A stretch of 64,000 nucleotides of DNA from Candidatus Binatia bacterium (GTDB taxonomy: Bacteria; Desulfobacterota; Binatia; Bin18): positions 728,103 through 792,102 of the forward strand of contig OY729511.1 of the NCBI GenBank assembly GCA_963422435.1, given 5' to 3'. A model generated the notes under the pieces. It ran no database searches, had not been told where the DNA came from, and was given only the letters and a program-made list of their open reading frames with translations. The position numbers and the translations under genes were made by a program. Shown here one piece after another: positions 36,462-46,988 of the stretch (positions within the stretch are counted from its first letter, which is position 1; each line of letters begins with the position of its first letter).

Positions 36462-39005
36462 CTACCGCGGCCCAATGGCAATGGCAAACGGCTTTTTCCC
36501 AACCTCAATCGTTGCAACAACTTGTTGAGCGAGCGTACTGAAGACTTGGACGACCTCACCCTCGTCCTTACGGGAACCAAAAAGTGCGACATAGCCCCGC
36601 AGGCCGTTTGGCGTAATCGCGATGCCGTACGGTTCGTTATTAACCGCATTGAAGCGCGGATTGAATGCCACATTGAGAGCCGGGGTTCCGAGTTCCGGGT
36701 GAATCTCCTCCTCCGTGATGACCGACACGGTGGCGTCAAGAAAGTTGGCGACAAAAGCATCCGCCTTCAGCTCTCGTTTCACCAACTCCAGTGCTGTGTC
36801 AGGTATCACTGCCACCCCGGCGGGCTGCACGCCGACCTGAAGATGCTGTATCCCCTTTGTCTCAGGCTCAGTATCGCTGTCAGGGACGATATCAATGACG
36901 GTGTTCGTTGCGGTATCAATAAAGGAAACCGTGTCCCCGTTGTCCTCGCCCTCATCGGTATCAGTCGCCCCAAAATTCGTCACATAGGCGCGCGCGCCAT
37001 CCGGTGTGACCACCACCCCGAGCGGCCCCTCCCCCACCATAATCGGGTCAGGCAGGGAGGTATGCGTCGTCAGGTCAATCACGGTCACGGTGTCATCGTC
37101 AAAATTCGTCACATAGGCTCGTGGCCCATTCGGCGTGACGGCAGCGGCTATGGACTGCGGACTCCTGCCCACTGCTATGGTGGTTGTCTGGGTCCGTGTG
37201 GCGGCATCAAGGACAGAGACAGTGTTGTCCTTCATATTCGTCACATAGGCGGTGGCTCCATCCGGGGCAAAGGCCATTCCCTGGGGAGCATCGCCAACCG
37301 CGATTGTCGCAACGACTTTCTTTGTGTCAGTGTCGATAACGGAAACAGTATTGTCTCCAGCATTCGCGACGTATGCTTCATTCCCGTCCGGACTGATCGC
37401 GATACCGCGCGGTCGGTCACCAACCGGGATTGTCCGAATCACTTTGTTCGTGCTCGTACTGATGACGGCTACGGTGTCATCATTCACCAGGGTCACATAG
37501 GCCATGGCCCCAGTTTCCTCCTCACATTCCCTTGTGTCGAGCAGACAGAACTCTCTGTTGTTCTCCTCGTCTCTGAAACAACTCAGCTCGCCCTCACCAA
37601 ACCCAAGCGTCTGACAGCTCAGTTCACCAAGCGCCTCTCCATCACACTCCTCTCCAATATCTCGCCCGCCATTGCCACATAGCGGCCAAGGCAGAAAACA
37701 CTGACAACTTTCGTTCCAGATAAATCCGGCATCCACCGTCGTGGTCTCGGTCTCGCCCTTGGCCTTAATCTCAACATCTTGAAGGGTCAATAACGAGCCC
37801 GTCACTGATACACTACTCTCTTCGGTCAGCGTCATATCTTCGAGAAACTCGGCATCTCCCAGCCGGACCACGGAGACGGCGTGCTCGATGATACGTGTTT
37901 CAGCCGGGGTTGAAGTGTCTCGGATTTCGACGCCAATGGTGCGCGCGCCACTGGGAATCCGATTAAAATTGACGAGGCCGCCAAAGCCAGTGTTCAACGG
38001 CACTTCGGGGAATTCGTCCTGAAAATGGTCCCTGACATCGGGCCGGTCCGCGCAGCACGGAATTTCCTCTCCAACCTCGGTCGGTGTATCGCTGTCTATC
38101 CGTAACGAAACGCGATCGATCTCGGCGTCAGGATTTCTGGTAAACGCCCAGCCAGAAACCATCCCGATTCCCCCTGCCGTGACCTGACTCACATTTTGCT
38201 CTTTCAGCGCTTCCGGTGACGGTGGATTTTCAAAGGTCGCAGTGATTTCGCTTTCATTTTCGTCCGGGGTTTCAGCCGCGCCGTTTGCCGCGCCGTCCGA
38301 AGTCTCGTCCTCTTCGTCTGAGGTCTCATCTTCCCCTGGATCAGTCGATAATATCCGTGAGCCGACCACGGCCAGTTGCTGGATGTTGTCCTGCCAGGCT
38401 AACCAGAGTTCGCCTGACGCCGTCGCGGTGCTGTGCTTATCCCTGAAGGTGACGTTCTGGAGCATGATCTCCTGAGCGTCAGTGTCAATCTCGGGACTGG
38501 TGGAGCCGAGCAAATTCGGAAGCTCAAGGAATCTATAGCCAGCCGGGCGGACAACGGTCACGGTGTGCTCGATAACTGTACTCGTGACGTCCGCGGCGGA
38601 TATCGTAATGCGAACTGTATGTTGGCCCTCATCCTGATCCGCTCTCTCCTTTGCGTCTTCTCCGATACCGCCGAGTTCACCGAAGTTAAACACCTGACCA
38701 AAACCGCTCTTGAGCGCGGGCTCGCCATGCACTGCTTGAACGTCTCTCCGCTCGACACAACAGGGAATCTTACCGTAATCCTGGCCGTCAATGGAGAGTT
38801 GAATGGTAATGGGCAGCGCGACCGGATTGTCGGGATCGTCAGAGACCGCGAACGCCCAACCGGAAATGAGTCGAACGCCACTCACAAACTGGTCCTCGCC
38901 CGGACTCTCCAGTGCTGCCTGAATCCCAGCCCAAGCTGTGTGTGTTACCCCTCCAGTCAGGAGAGAAACAATCATGGACAGTATGACGCGGTGTTTGTTC
39001 ATCAT
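36462..39005 (-). CDS. secreted YVTN-family beta-propeller repeat protein with two N-terminal Cys-containing repeat domains
   Basis: Signal peptide MMNKHRVILSMIVSLLTGGVTHTAWA. Two internal copies of a ~110-aa domain (VSGVRLISGWAF...IPCCVERRDV / VSGWAFTRN...IPCCADRPDV). C-terminal repeats of AYVANAGDNTVSVID type. Confidence 0.65.
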   Translation of the reverse strand: MMNKHRVILSMIVSLLTGGVTHTAWAGIQAALESPGEDQFVSGVRLISGWAFAVSDDPDNPVALPITIQLSIDGQDYGKIPCCVERRDVQAVHGEPALKSGFGQVFNFGELGGIGEDAKERADQDEGQHTVRITISAADVTSTVIEHTVTVVRPAGYRFLELPNLLGSTSPEIDTDAQEIMLQNVTFRDKHSTATASGELWLAWQDNIQQLAVVGSRILSTDPGEDETSDEEDETSDGAANGAAETPDENESEITATFENPPSPEALKEQNVSQVTAGGIGMVSGWAFTRNPDAEIDRVSLRIDSDTPTEVGEEIPCCADRPDVRDHFQDEFPEVPLNTGFGGLVNFNRIPSGARTIGVEIRDTSTPAETRIIEHAVSVVRLGDAEFLEDMTLTEESSVSVTGSLLTLQDVEIKAKGETETTTVDAGFIWNESCQCFLPWPLCGNGGRDIGEECDGEALGELSCQTLGFGEGELSCFRDEENNREFCLLDTRECEEETGAMAYVTLVNDDTVAVISTSTNKVIRTIPVGDRPRGIAISPDGNEAYVANAGDNTVSVIDTDTKKVVATIAVGDAPQGMAFAPDGATAYVTNMKDNTVSVLDAATRTQTTTIAVGRSPQSIAAAVTPNGPRAYVTNFDDDTVTVIDLTTHTSLPDPIMVGEGPLGVVVTPDGARAYVTNFGATDTDEGEDNGDTVSFIDTATNTVIDIVPDSDTEPETKGIQHLQVGVQPAGVAVIPDTALELVKRELKADAFVANFLDATVSVITEEEIHPELGTPALNVAFNPRFNAVNNEPYGIAITPNGLRGYVALFGSRKDEGEVVQVFSTLAQQVVATIEVGKKPFAIAIGPR

Positions 39006-39836
39006 TTATTCAGTTGCCTCTTCCGCAGTTTGCGCTCCTACCGCGACCACCCGGACCCCCGCGTCCTGGGCGCGCTCTAGCAGCGTCGAGCGCTCTAGCA
39101 TGAGCGTCTTGCCAGCCTCAATGGCTAAAACGGCAGCCTTGACCTCGTGCATGACCGTGATGGTATCGGGCCCAACGGCCGGGACGTCAAAGCGCAAATC
39201 CTGCTGTGGCTTGCTGACTTTCACCACAATGCCGCCTTCCCCGCCCAAGGTGCCACCGCGCCGAATGGCGGCGTTTGTGCCCTCAGCGCCTTCGACCGCC
39301 AGGACCGTGCCCCGCTTGACGACAACGCTCTGTCCTATATCCCAGCGGCCAATCTCTTTTGCTACTGTAACACCGAGCCGGATATCCTGCCACTGCTGCG
39401 CATCCGGCTCAGCGCGAGTCAATACCCCTTCCCGAGGCACGAGAGACGAGAGGAAGCGGGTGGATTCGACAATCGCAATGCCCTCGTCTTCAAGTTCCTG
39501 GGCCACCCCGCGCAGGATCACATCATCCTTCAGATTGGGCAGTTTACTGATGAAAGCCAGCCCCCGCGCATCGGGCTGGATATGCGTCAGGGCACCCGTC
39601 TTATAGATGCCCCCGGCCATGACGGCTTGGGTCACGCCTGCCTCGTGGAAGGTGGTGATAATTTTTCCGAGTTCTCCGACCCGCACCCAGGTGACGTGGG
39701 AAGTGTGGTCGCTGATGGCCTGAGGCGTTTCCCCCTGGTGCGCAACCGCAATGACCGTGACCCCTTCTGCGCGGGCCGCCGCACAGAAGATAAGGGGGAA
39801 TTGTCCATTCCCTGCAATGAGACCGAGATACGCCAT
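39006..39836 (-). CDS. lpxI: LpxI-family UDP-2,3-diacylglucosamine hydrolase (DUF1009)
   Basis: 276 aa; LpxI-like sequence; sits directly downstream of lpxA. Confidence 0.6.
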   Translation of the reverse strand: MAYLGLIAGNGQFPLIFCAAARAEGVTVIAVAHQGETPQAISDHTSHVTWVRVGELGKIITTFHEAGVTQAVMAGGIYKTGALTHIQPDARGLAFISKLPNLKDDVILRGVAQELEDEGIAIVESTRFLSSLVPREGVLTRAEPDAQQWQDIRLGVTVAKEIGRWDIGQSVVVKRGTVLAVEGAEGTNAAIRRGGTLGGEGGIVVKVSKPQQDLRFDVPAVGPDTITVMHEVKAAVLAIEAGKTLMLERSTLLERAQDAGVRVVAVGAQTAEEATE

Positions 39837-39870
39837 TGGCTCGGACGCTCGCTAGAGGGGCACAACGCAG

Positions 39871-40698
39871 TCAGCCAGGATCATCTTCGCTCTCTTGGCC
39901 GGCATTCCGTCGGGGACGACAAATGCCCCGTTGTGAGCTGGCAATGAATTCCGCCAAATGAACGGCCTCGGGGGATGACGCCTGTTCCTGGCGGGTGCGG
40001 TCGGTCGCCTCTTTGAGCGTCAATCCCTCAACGAAAAGCGTCCGATAGGCTTTTTTGAGCGCGCTCAGTTGTTCCTCGCCAAACCCGCGCCGTTTGAGTC
40101 CGATGAGATTCAGGCCAAACAAACGGGCCCGGTCTCCCTGGGCCACGCAGTACGGCGGCACATCAAGAGAGACCATCGCCCCCCCACCGAGGTAGGCCGA
40201 CTCCCCGACCCGCGTAGACTGATGGATGGCCGCCAGCCCACCCACGCCCACATAATCTTCGAGTATGACGTGGCCGGCAAGGGTCGCACAGTTCGCCAGA
40301 ATCACCTTGTTTCCGATCTGGCAGTCGTGTCCCACATGGGAGTACACCATGAAGAGATTGTCATTGCCGATCCGGGTGACCATCCCGCCGCCGGTGGTCC
40401 CGATATTGAGCGTTGCAAATTCACGGATGGTATTGCGATCACCAATAGTGAGGCTGCTGTCTTCTCCCCGATATTTCTTATCCTGCGGGATGGCCCCGAC
40501 GCTCGCGAACTGAAAAATCTGATTCTCGCGCCCAATCGTCGTGCCCCCCTCAATCACGCTATGCGGCCCGATACTGGAATCCCGGCCAATACGAACCTGT
40601 GGACCAATCACCGCATAGGGTCCGACCCGCACCCCATGATCCAGCTCCGCTCCAGGGGCGATCACTGCCGACGGATGGATAGCAGTCTCGGTGCTCAC
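39871..40698 (-). CDS. lpxA: acyl-ACP--UDP-N-acetylglucosamine O-acyltransferase
   Basis: Left-handed beta-helix hexapeptide repeats; [33 protein letters not shown]; fabZ-lpxA synteny. Confidence 0.85.
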   Translation of the reverse strand: MSTETAIHPSAVIAPGAELDHGVRVGPYAVIGPQVRIGRDSSIGPHSVIEGGTTIGRENQIFQFASVGAIPQDKKYRGEDSSLTIGDRNTIREFATLNIGTTGGGMVTRIGNDNLFMVYSHVGHDCQIGNKVILANCATLAGHVILEDYVGVGGLAAIHQSTRVGESAYLGGGAMVSLDVPPYCVAQGDRARLFGLNLIGLKRRGFGEEQLSALKKAYRTLFVEGLTLKEATDRTRQEQASSPEAVHLAEFIASSQRGICRPRRNAGQESEDDPG

Positions 40699-41186
40699 GC
40701 CGGCGTCTCGCTTTCCGAGTCTACATCAACAACCGAGAATTCGAGTTCCGCCGCGACCTGTCCGTCAACCCGAGCGGTGCCCTGCATTTTCCAGAACGTC
40801 CCGCGGCGACGCAGGATTTCCACTTCCATCAACAACTGATCACCGGGAACGACCTGGCGTCGAAAGCGAACGTGGTCGAGTCCGGTCAACATCGCGAGCC
40901 GGTGCGACGCCGGGACGGGGGCGGAGGTCTCCTCGGCAAGATCGACGGACGAACGGGCCAGAATGCCGCCCGCCTGTACGACGGCTTCGCAGATGAGCAC
41001 GCCAGGCATGAGCGGGTGAGCGGGGAAGTGTCCGACAAAGAAAGGCTCGTTGATCGTCACGTTTTTGAGCGCGACGATACGTTTCCCGGCAGAGATTTCC
41101 ACCACCCGGTCAACGAGGAGGAACGGGTAGCGATGGGGCAGAACAGAGGCGACAGTGGGATGATCCATGTGGTGGTGAGCACCCAA
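40695..41186 (-). CDS. fabZ: 3-hydroxyacyl-ACP dehydratase
   Basis: [13 protein letters not shown]...GHFP hot-dog motifs. Confidence 0.85.
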   Translation of the reverse strand: MGAHHHMDHPTVASVLPHRYPFLLVDRVVEISAGKRIVALKNVTINEPFFVGHFPAHPLMPGVLICEAVVQAGGILARSSVDLAEETSAPVPASHRLAMLTGLDHVRFRRQVVPGDQLLMEVEILRRRGTFWKMQGTARVDGQVAAELEFSVVDVDSESETPA

Positions 41187-41193
41187 CCGTCTC

Positions 41194-41736
41194 TTAGTTT
41201 CTAAAAGAGATCTTGGTGCCTTTTTTATTATAGGCTTCGATGACCGACTCAGTCAGGTCAATACTTTTTGAGCCGTACAGCACAACCGTGTTATTACCTT
41301 CGAGAATAACCGAATAGCTACCCTGTTCGCCAAGATCGTTGACGACCTGACGGAGTTCGACCAGGATACGCGCGGTCAGTTCGCGGTCTCTGATCTTGAG
41401 TTCCTCTTGGGAATCCTTATACAGCCGTTCAAAGTCGCGCAGCTCCTGGCGGTAGTCGCGCTGCAACGCGATCCGTTCGTCGTCCCGGAGCAGGAGGGCT
41501 TTTTTCTCAAGCTCCTCCTTGAGTTTTTCGACTTTTTCCCGGCGCTTTTCGAGTCTTCGTTCCATTCGCCCCACTTCGGCCTTGAAACTGTCTTTGGCCT
41601 TTTTTCCGGCGCTCGATGTATTCAGGGCGACCTGGAGGTCCACATAGCCGACCCTGATGTCAGCGCTCTCGCCGCTATAGGGGAAAAGGAGAAAACCAAG
41701 ACTCACGGCAGCACAAGCAATTTTTTTCCAATACAT
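41194..41736 (-). CDS. skp: OmpH/Skp periplasmic chaperone
   Basis: Start [18 protein letters not shown] (ATG 41734-41736, GGAGAG RBS). Signal peptide then a charged coiled-coil-rich ~160 aa; bamA-skp synteny. Confidence 0.7.
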   Translation of the reverse strand: MYWKKIACAAVSLGFLLFPYSGESADIRVGYVDLQVALNTSSAGKKAKDSFKAEVGRMERRLEKRREKVEKLKEELEKKALLLRDDERIALQRDYRQELRDFERLYKDSQEELKIRDRELTARILVELRQVVNDLGEQGSYSVILEGNNTVVLYGSKSIDLTESVIEAYNKKGTKISFRN

Positions 41737-41821
41737 CTCTCTCTCCATTGTTAGAGTGCCTGATCCAAACGTCTCTCTGGGCGTAGAGACGGACACACGG
41801 AACTGCGGGCGCACCTTCAGA

Positions 41822-44461
41822 CTAATAAATCCCACCATACCGGCCTCGTCCTCCGCCAATACCACCAGTTGCGCCACCGAACGAAAAGTGGATGTTACTG
41901 GTGCGCTCATTTTTTTTCGCATTGAGCGCTTTGGCGAGATCGATCCGAATGGGTCCAAACGGCGACCTCCAACGGACCCCCGCCCCGACCGAGTAACGCA
42001 GGTCGCCCAGGTCAATGCCTTGTTCAGCCGTAAAGGCATTGCCGATATCGCTAAAGACCGCGCCCTTCAGATTCAGTTGTTTCACAATCGGAAAACGCAA
42101 CTCATTCTGGAACGTCAGCTGTTGGCTGCCGCCAATCGGCCTATGATACGTTTCGGCGCGTATTCCGTTGGGCGACTCCCTATCATTAATCAAAACCGTG
42201 ACGGGTTGACGCGGCCCTAAGCTCCGCTCGCCAAACCCCCGGATAGAGTGCAGTCCACCGGGGAAGTAGCGGTCAAACAGCGGGAGGTCGTCCTCCAGGA
42301 TTTTTTCAGCCTTCCCGCCGACAACAGGTTCGTCGGTAAAATCAATATCACCCACCCCATACCCAAAGAAATTATTCGACATCCAGGTCAATTGTCCGAA
42401 ACGCGGGCTGCGGTAGACTGGGAAGAAAAATTGGGCTTGCAGTTCTGCCTTGCTATACATCGTGTCCCCTCCGAGACCGGCCTGACTAAAAAGAATTTGT
42501 TGATAGGAGCCGGCGGTCGGGTCCATCGGGTGGTTGAGGGTATTGCGCCGAATGGTTGGGGTAATTTTGCTCGTGATTGCGGAGCCCTTTTCGGCCCGTA
42601 CCGCATCAGGCGCAATCGGTTCAAAATTGCTGATCTTGGACTTTTCCCACTGGTGTTGCATCCCAATAGACACATCCTGCAGGGGAAATCCCCACAGGGT
42701 TTCGAGCCCCAACTCATCAATGGGGTAAAAGAGACGTACCCCGCCGCCCGTCCCGGCACGGTCAAAGTCCTCAAATGCAAAGCGCCAGTCAAAGACTTCT
42801 GCCCCAAGGGTCAGATGGGTATCCAGGAAGTAGGGGTCGGTCCAACTGATAGTGGAGTTGCGGTAGCGGCTGCCCAGATTACCGCTGATCACAAACTGAT
42901 GGCCATAGCCAAAGAGATTCGTTTCCTGAATACGGGCAGAACCAATGAGACTCGTCGCGGTATTAAATCCGGCCCCAACACTGAAGGACCCGGTTTGGGC
43001 CTCTTTGACATCAACCAGCACATTGAGCAAATCGCTCCGTGCCCCCCGGCGCGTGGCAATATTGACATCCTGGAAAAACCCGAGTCGCTGCACCCGCGCG
43101 CGGCTGTGCTCTATGCGGGTGGCGTTGAACTTGCTCTGCTCGGCAATGCGCAATTCTCGCCGGACTACTTTGTCGCGCGTTTTGGTATTGCCCGCGATAT
43201 CAATCCGGTCGATATAGACTTCCGGTCCCTGATCAACCCGGTAGGAGATATTGACAACGCTGTCGTCCTGCTCGACTTGGGTTTCTGGCTCGACGTTCAC
43301 AAAAGCAAAGCCGTGGTTGCTGAAATAGCCGGTTAAACGAAAGACATCTTCTCGCAGGTGGCTGGCCTTAAAGACTTCGCCTTCTACCAGGGCGACCGCG
43401 CGCAGGGCCTGGTCTTCACTCCCAGGGAATTCGCCGACAATATGCACCTCGCCGATGGTGTATTGCTCTCCCTCATCGATCCGAATGGTCACATGCATCC
43501 CGTCATCGCGACGTTCGATTTTCGGCTCGTCGACTTTGACGTTGATATAGCCGTTATCGTAGTAATAGGCAGTAATCCGCTCCGTGTCCGTCTTGAGCGC
43601 TTCTCGGTTGAGCGTTCCGACGCTCATGAAGCGCGATAAGAAATTCTTCTTGCGGGTCGCCATAATGGATTGCAGCCGGGCGTCTTCAAACGTCTCATTG
43701 CCCTCAAAATGGATTTGGGCAATGCCGGTCGGCTTCTGTTCCTCAATCGTAAAGGTCACCGCGGTTTCTCCCGGACCGACCCACTCGGCACGATAGGAGA
43801 TATCGGTGTCTAAATAGCCTTTTTCTTCATAGGCTTTTTTGGCGTCTTCTATGCCGCGCCTGATGCGAACCGGGTTGAGGATGGTACGCGGATGAATTTT
43901 CAGCGCTACCTCAAGCGCTTCTTTGTCGAGCTTCTTATTTCCCTCGAAGTGGACTTCGCGGATGAGCGGCCGCTCGCTGACCCAATAGGTCAAGACATTA
44001 CGGCCATTTTCTCGCTCAAAACGCGCCTCTACATTATGGAAGAAGCCCATGTCATAAATGGACCGAATATCGGCATCAACCGTATCCCGACTCAACGCGG
44101 TGCCAGGTAGAGCAGAGGTCCGAATGCGAATCGCCTCCTCTTCAACCCGGTCGTTGCCGCCAATCACAATCGTATCGACAATGTTGGACGGCGTATCGGG
44201 CTGAGCTGATTCGAATGCGTTACCTTCCGGTTCATCTGCTTCGACCATTTCTGCGTCAGATTCGTCTCTGTCCTCGATTCCCGCTTCTTCAAGAAGCAAC
44301 TCCTCGGCTTCGTCCATTTCAAAAACATCGTCAGGGAGGGCGTCAGGAATATGCTCCTCCGAGAGTTCTGCGTCGTCAGCCTGGGCCGAGGTTATAATCC
44401 CCAGGAACCCAGAGCAGATGAACAGACATATGCTGGTAATGACGAGAAATGTGCGAGCCAT
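41822..44461 (-). CDS. bamA: outer membrane protein assembly factor BamA
   Basis: Start MARTFLVITSICLFICSGF. POTRA repeats and a C-terminal Omp85 barrel ending ...FSFGGATGG; ~880 aa. Confidence 0.85.
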   Translation of the reverse strand: MARTFLVITSICLFICSGFLGIITSAQADDAELSEEHIPDALPDDVFEMDEAEELLLEEAGIEDRDESDAEMVEADEPEGNAFESAQPDTPSNIVDTIVIGGNDRVEEEAIRIRTSALPGTALSRDTVDADIRSIYDMGFFHNVEARFERENGRNVLTYWVSERPLIREVHFEGNKKLDKEALEVALKIHPRTILNPVRIRRGIEDAKKAYEEKGYLDTDISYRAEWVGPGETAVTFTIEEQKPTGIAQIHFEGNETFEDARLQSIMATRKKNFLSRFMSVGTLNREALKTDTERITAYYYDNGYINVKVDEPKIERRDDGMHVTIRIDEGEQYTIGEVHIVGEFPGSEDQALRAVALVEGEVFKASHLREDVFRLTGYFSNHGFAFVNVEPETQVEQDDSVVNISYRVDQGPEVYIDRIDIAGNTKTRDKVVRRELRIAEQSKFNATRIEHSRARVQRLGFFQDVNIATRRGARSDLLNVLVDVKEAQTGSFSVGAGFNTATSLIGSARIQETNLFGYGHQFVISGNLGSRYRNSTISWTDPYFLDTHLTLGAEVFDWRFAFEDFDRAGTGGGVRLFYPIDELGLETLWGFPLQDVSIGMQHQWEKSKISNFEPIAPDAVRAEKGSAITSKITPTIRRNTLNHPMDPTAGSYQQILFSQAGLGGDTMYSKAELQAQFFFPVYRSPRFGQLTWMSNNFFGYGVGDIDFTDEPVVGGKAEKILEDDLPLFDRYFPGGLHSIRGFGERSLGPRQPVTVLINDRESPNGIRAETYHRPIGGSQQLTFQNELRFPIVKQLNLKGAVFSDIGNAFTAEQGIDLGDLRYSVGAGVRWRSPFGPIRIDLAKALNAKKNERTSNIHFSFGGATGGIGGGRGRYGGIY

Positions 44462-44653
44462 GCGTGTTGCATCTGCCTTTGAAGCCGCTCTCCCCCTACC
44501 AAAATCGCCTCTCATTGTAAAGGCAGCACCCCCCTTCGAGCCCTCCCTGAAAGAAGCCGGGGAAGTGACAGACCCGAGAACTTTCGCATAAAAAGCGCCT
44601 CGACCATAGCCCTCCACCTCTCCCTCACAAAGACATCTCTGCCATAGCTCCGG

Positions 44654-45370
44654 TCAGGCTGTCCCATCTCCTCGGTTTACCTCAGTGAGTATTCCATGTT
44701 TGAGTCGCAGGGTCCGATCCATTGCCGCGGCAAGTTTTTCGCTATGCGTGACAACAACCATGGCCACGCCCATGGCCTGATTCAGCGCAAGCAGCAACCG
44801 CAGCACCCCCTCGCCGGTCTCGGGGTCTAGATTGCCGGTCGGCTCATCCGCCAGCACCAGACGGGGCTCCAGGACCAAGGCCCGCGCAACCGCTACCCGT
44901 TGCTGTTCTCCCCCGGACAATTCTCCCGGTCGGTGGCTCAGACGGGTAGACAGGCCAACCCGCTCCAATATCTCAGCGGCACGGGTCCGGACTTCCTCCT
45001 GGCTGTGCCCAGCAATCTGGCTGTGCCCAGCAATCAGTCCCGGCATCATCACATTCTCCAGGGCGCTAAAATCCGGCAGGAGATGATGGAGCTGAAAGAT
45101 AAATCCAATCTCTCGGTTGCGGAGGGCGGCCAGCTCTCCTTCGGGCAGGCCAAACAGGTCCTGGCCGTCAAGCCTGATGTGTCCTGAGGTGGGGCGGTCG
45201 AGCGTGCCCAGAATATGCAGCAGCGTACTCTTCCCCACCCCGGATTCTCCAATGATGGCCGTCCGCTCAGCCGGCTGAAGGACGAAGTCCAGGTTTTCAA
45301 GCACGCGCACCGCGTGCTCGCCCTCTCCGTACTGTTTGCTGAGCTGAGTTGCCTGAAGAAGATACGACAT
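44654..45370 (-). CDS. lolD: lipoprotein-releasing ABC transporter ATP-binding protein
   Basis: Walker [10 protein letters not shown], signature [15 protein letters not shown], Walker B LVLADEPT; adjacent to the lolC/E permease. Confidence 0.8.
   Translation of the reverse strand: MSYLLQATQLSKQYGEGEHAVRVLENLDFVLQPAERTAIIGESGVGKSTLLHILGTLDRPTSGHIRLDGQDLFGLPEGELAALRNREIGFIFQLHHLLPDFSALENVMMPGLIAGHSQIAGHSQEEVRTRAAEILERVGLSTRLSHRPGELSGGEQQRVAVARALVLEPRLVLADEPTGNLDPETGEGVLRLLLALNQAMGVAMVVVTHSEKLAAAMDRTLRLKHGILTEVNRGDGTA
45001..45036 (-). repeat. perfect 18-bp tandem duplication inside lolD (encodes [12 protein letters not shown])
   Basis: GGCTGTGCCCAGCAATCT followed by GGCTGTGCCCAGCAATCA. Confidence 0.7.
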
Positions 45371-45388
45371 TGCTCGGCGGTCCATCCC

Positions 45389-46654
45389 TTACTCGTAGCG
45401 AATGACCTCAACTGGCGACAATCGCGCCGCCTGACGCGCAGGGTAAATAGTGGCGAGCAAACAGATCATCACAGATGCGACCCCAACAATGAAAAAATTC
45501 TCCGCATACATTTTCACCGGCAGGGTCGAAACATAGAAAACATCCTTCGGAAGTTCGATGAACTCATAGCGGTCCAACAGCCAGCAGCCGACCCAACCCA
45601 ACAGCGTGCCCATCAGCGTCCCGACAACGCCGATGATGAGCCCTTTATAAATAAAGACTCGACTTATGGCCCTGCCGGTTGCCCCCATGGACTTCAACAC
45701 CGCAATATCCTTGCGTTTTTCCATAACCACCATGATCAGCGTGGCAATGATATTGAACGCGGCAACCAGGACGATGAGCAGCAGCACGATAAAGTACACC
45801 ACCTTCTCAAGTTTCAGCGCGGCGAAGAGATTACTGTTCACCTCGGTCCAGTCTCGGGTTGTATAGGGGAAGCCCAACACGCTTTCCAACTCGCGGGCGA
45901 CCGTTTGGGCCTGATACACATCGCGAATCTTCACCTCAACACCAGTCACCTGTTCACCAAGGGTAAAAAACTGCTGCGCGTCGGCGAGCGACATATAGAT
46001 CAGGGCACTGTCGTATTCAAACATGCCCGAGTCAAACACACCGACAATCACAAAGCGCTTGACCCTGGGAACAACCCCGAGGGGGCCGGGGGTAGTGCTC
46101 AGCGGGGAAATAATATTGATCGGGTCGCCCACAAAGACGCCAAGTTGACGAGCCAACTCATGCCCGACGAGCACGCCGGAGAGTTGAACCGTTTGGACGG
46201 TTTCCTCGGTCTGAAACGTCAACTCCTGTTTTTGACCGAGCTGGTCGACTTCACCAAAAGACAGATGGGCGCCAATATCGACCACCGCACTGGCCAACGA
46301 GGGGTCGACTCCACGCACGAGCGAGCCAGACACGCTCTGACCGGCACTGACCATCACCTGACCGTAGACAAACGGTGCCACGGCAACCACCTCGGGCGCC
46401 TGTCTCACCGCGCCAACCACCTCCGCATATCCGTCCACAAAGCCCTGCAAGCTGGAAATCACGATATGCGGATTAAAGCCCAGAACGCGGTCGCGTAAAT
46501 CTTCTTCAAATCCCGTCATCACCGCCAAGACGATATTCAGCGTCATCACGCCAATCATGACTCCAATCATGGAAATCATGGTGATTAACGAGATAAAGAC
46601 CTCACGCCGTCTGGCTCGCAGATAACGCAGACTCAGAAAAAGTTCGTATCGCAC
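45389..46654 (-). CDS. lipoprotein-releasing system permease (LolC/LolE, FtsX-like)
   Basis: 421 aa; N-terminal TM, large periplasmic loop, C-terminal three TM helices; MRYELFLSLRYLRARRRE typical start. Confidence 0.8.
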   Translation of the reverse strand: MRYELFLSLRYLRARRREVFISLITMISMIGVMIGVMTLNIVLAVMTGFEEDLRDRVLGFNPHIVISSLQGFVDGYAEVVGAVRQAPEVVAVAPFVYGQVMVSAGQSVSGSLVRGVDPSLASAVVDIGAHLSFGEVDQLGQKQELTFQTEETVQTVQLSGVLVGHELARQLGVFVGDPINIISPLSTTPGPLGVVPRVKRFVIVGVFDSGMFEYDSALIYMSLADAQQFFTLGEQVTGVEVKIRDVYQAQTVARELESVLGFPYTTRDWTEVNSNLFAALKLEKVVYFIVLLLIVLVAAFNIIATLIMVVMEKRKDIAVLKSMGATGRAISRVFIYKGLIIGVVGTLMGTLLGWVGCWLLDRYEFIELPKDVFYVSTLPVKMYAENFFIVGVASVMICLLATIYPARQAARLSPVEVIRYE

Positions 46655-46890
46655 AAACTACCGGATTATTGATTACCACACCCGCTGCTCTGACCCTTTG
46701 TCCTCGCCCCAGCAGGTCCTATATCATAAAGGAATATCTATTTTTCTTTTTTTGCAGTCGGTTAGAATGAAAATCTCATCCAGAGCTTGAAATATGACTC
46801 CAGTTCGTTTATCCTAAGATCATGTGGTGGTGGTTGTGGTGGATAGGCCCTGATTGGGGCACGGGCTCTTGAGTGAGCCTTCTTGCTTAC

Positions 46891-46932
46891 CGGAATGCCA
46901 TGACGGTAGAGGAGTTTACGGTCATGGCATTC
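46891..46932. terminator. 13-bp perfect inverted repeat hairpin downstream of selB
   Basis: GGAATGCCATGAC-(16 nt)-GTCATGGCATTCC; no T-tract, so not a classic intrinsic terminator. Confidence 0.35.
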
Positions 46933-46988
46933 CCCCTCCCACCTGAGCACTCTACCTTCAAGAACACCTCCGTTCCATAGGACATCTC

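Noticed and set aside
36411-37682. 423-aa + strand ORF and other long + ORFs (37252..37500, 38433..39080) inside the YVTN gene region
   Set aside because: They are antisense to a well-supported secreted beta-propeller gene with signal peptide and repeats. They are typical high-GC spurious frames.
46762-46950. 62-aa minus-strand ORF downstream of selB
   Set aside because: It overlaps the strong hairpin and the TGG-repeat tract and has no RBS or domain. Most likely non-coding spacer.
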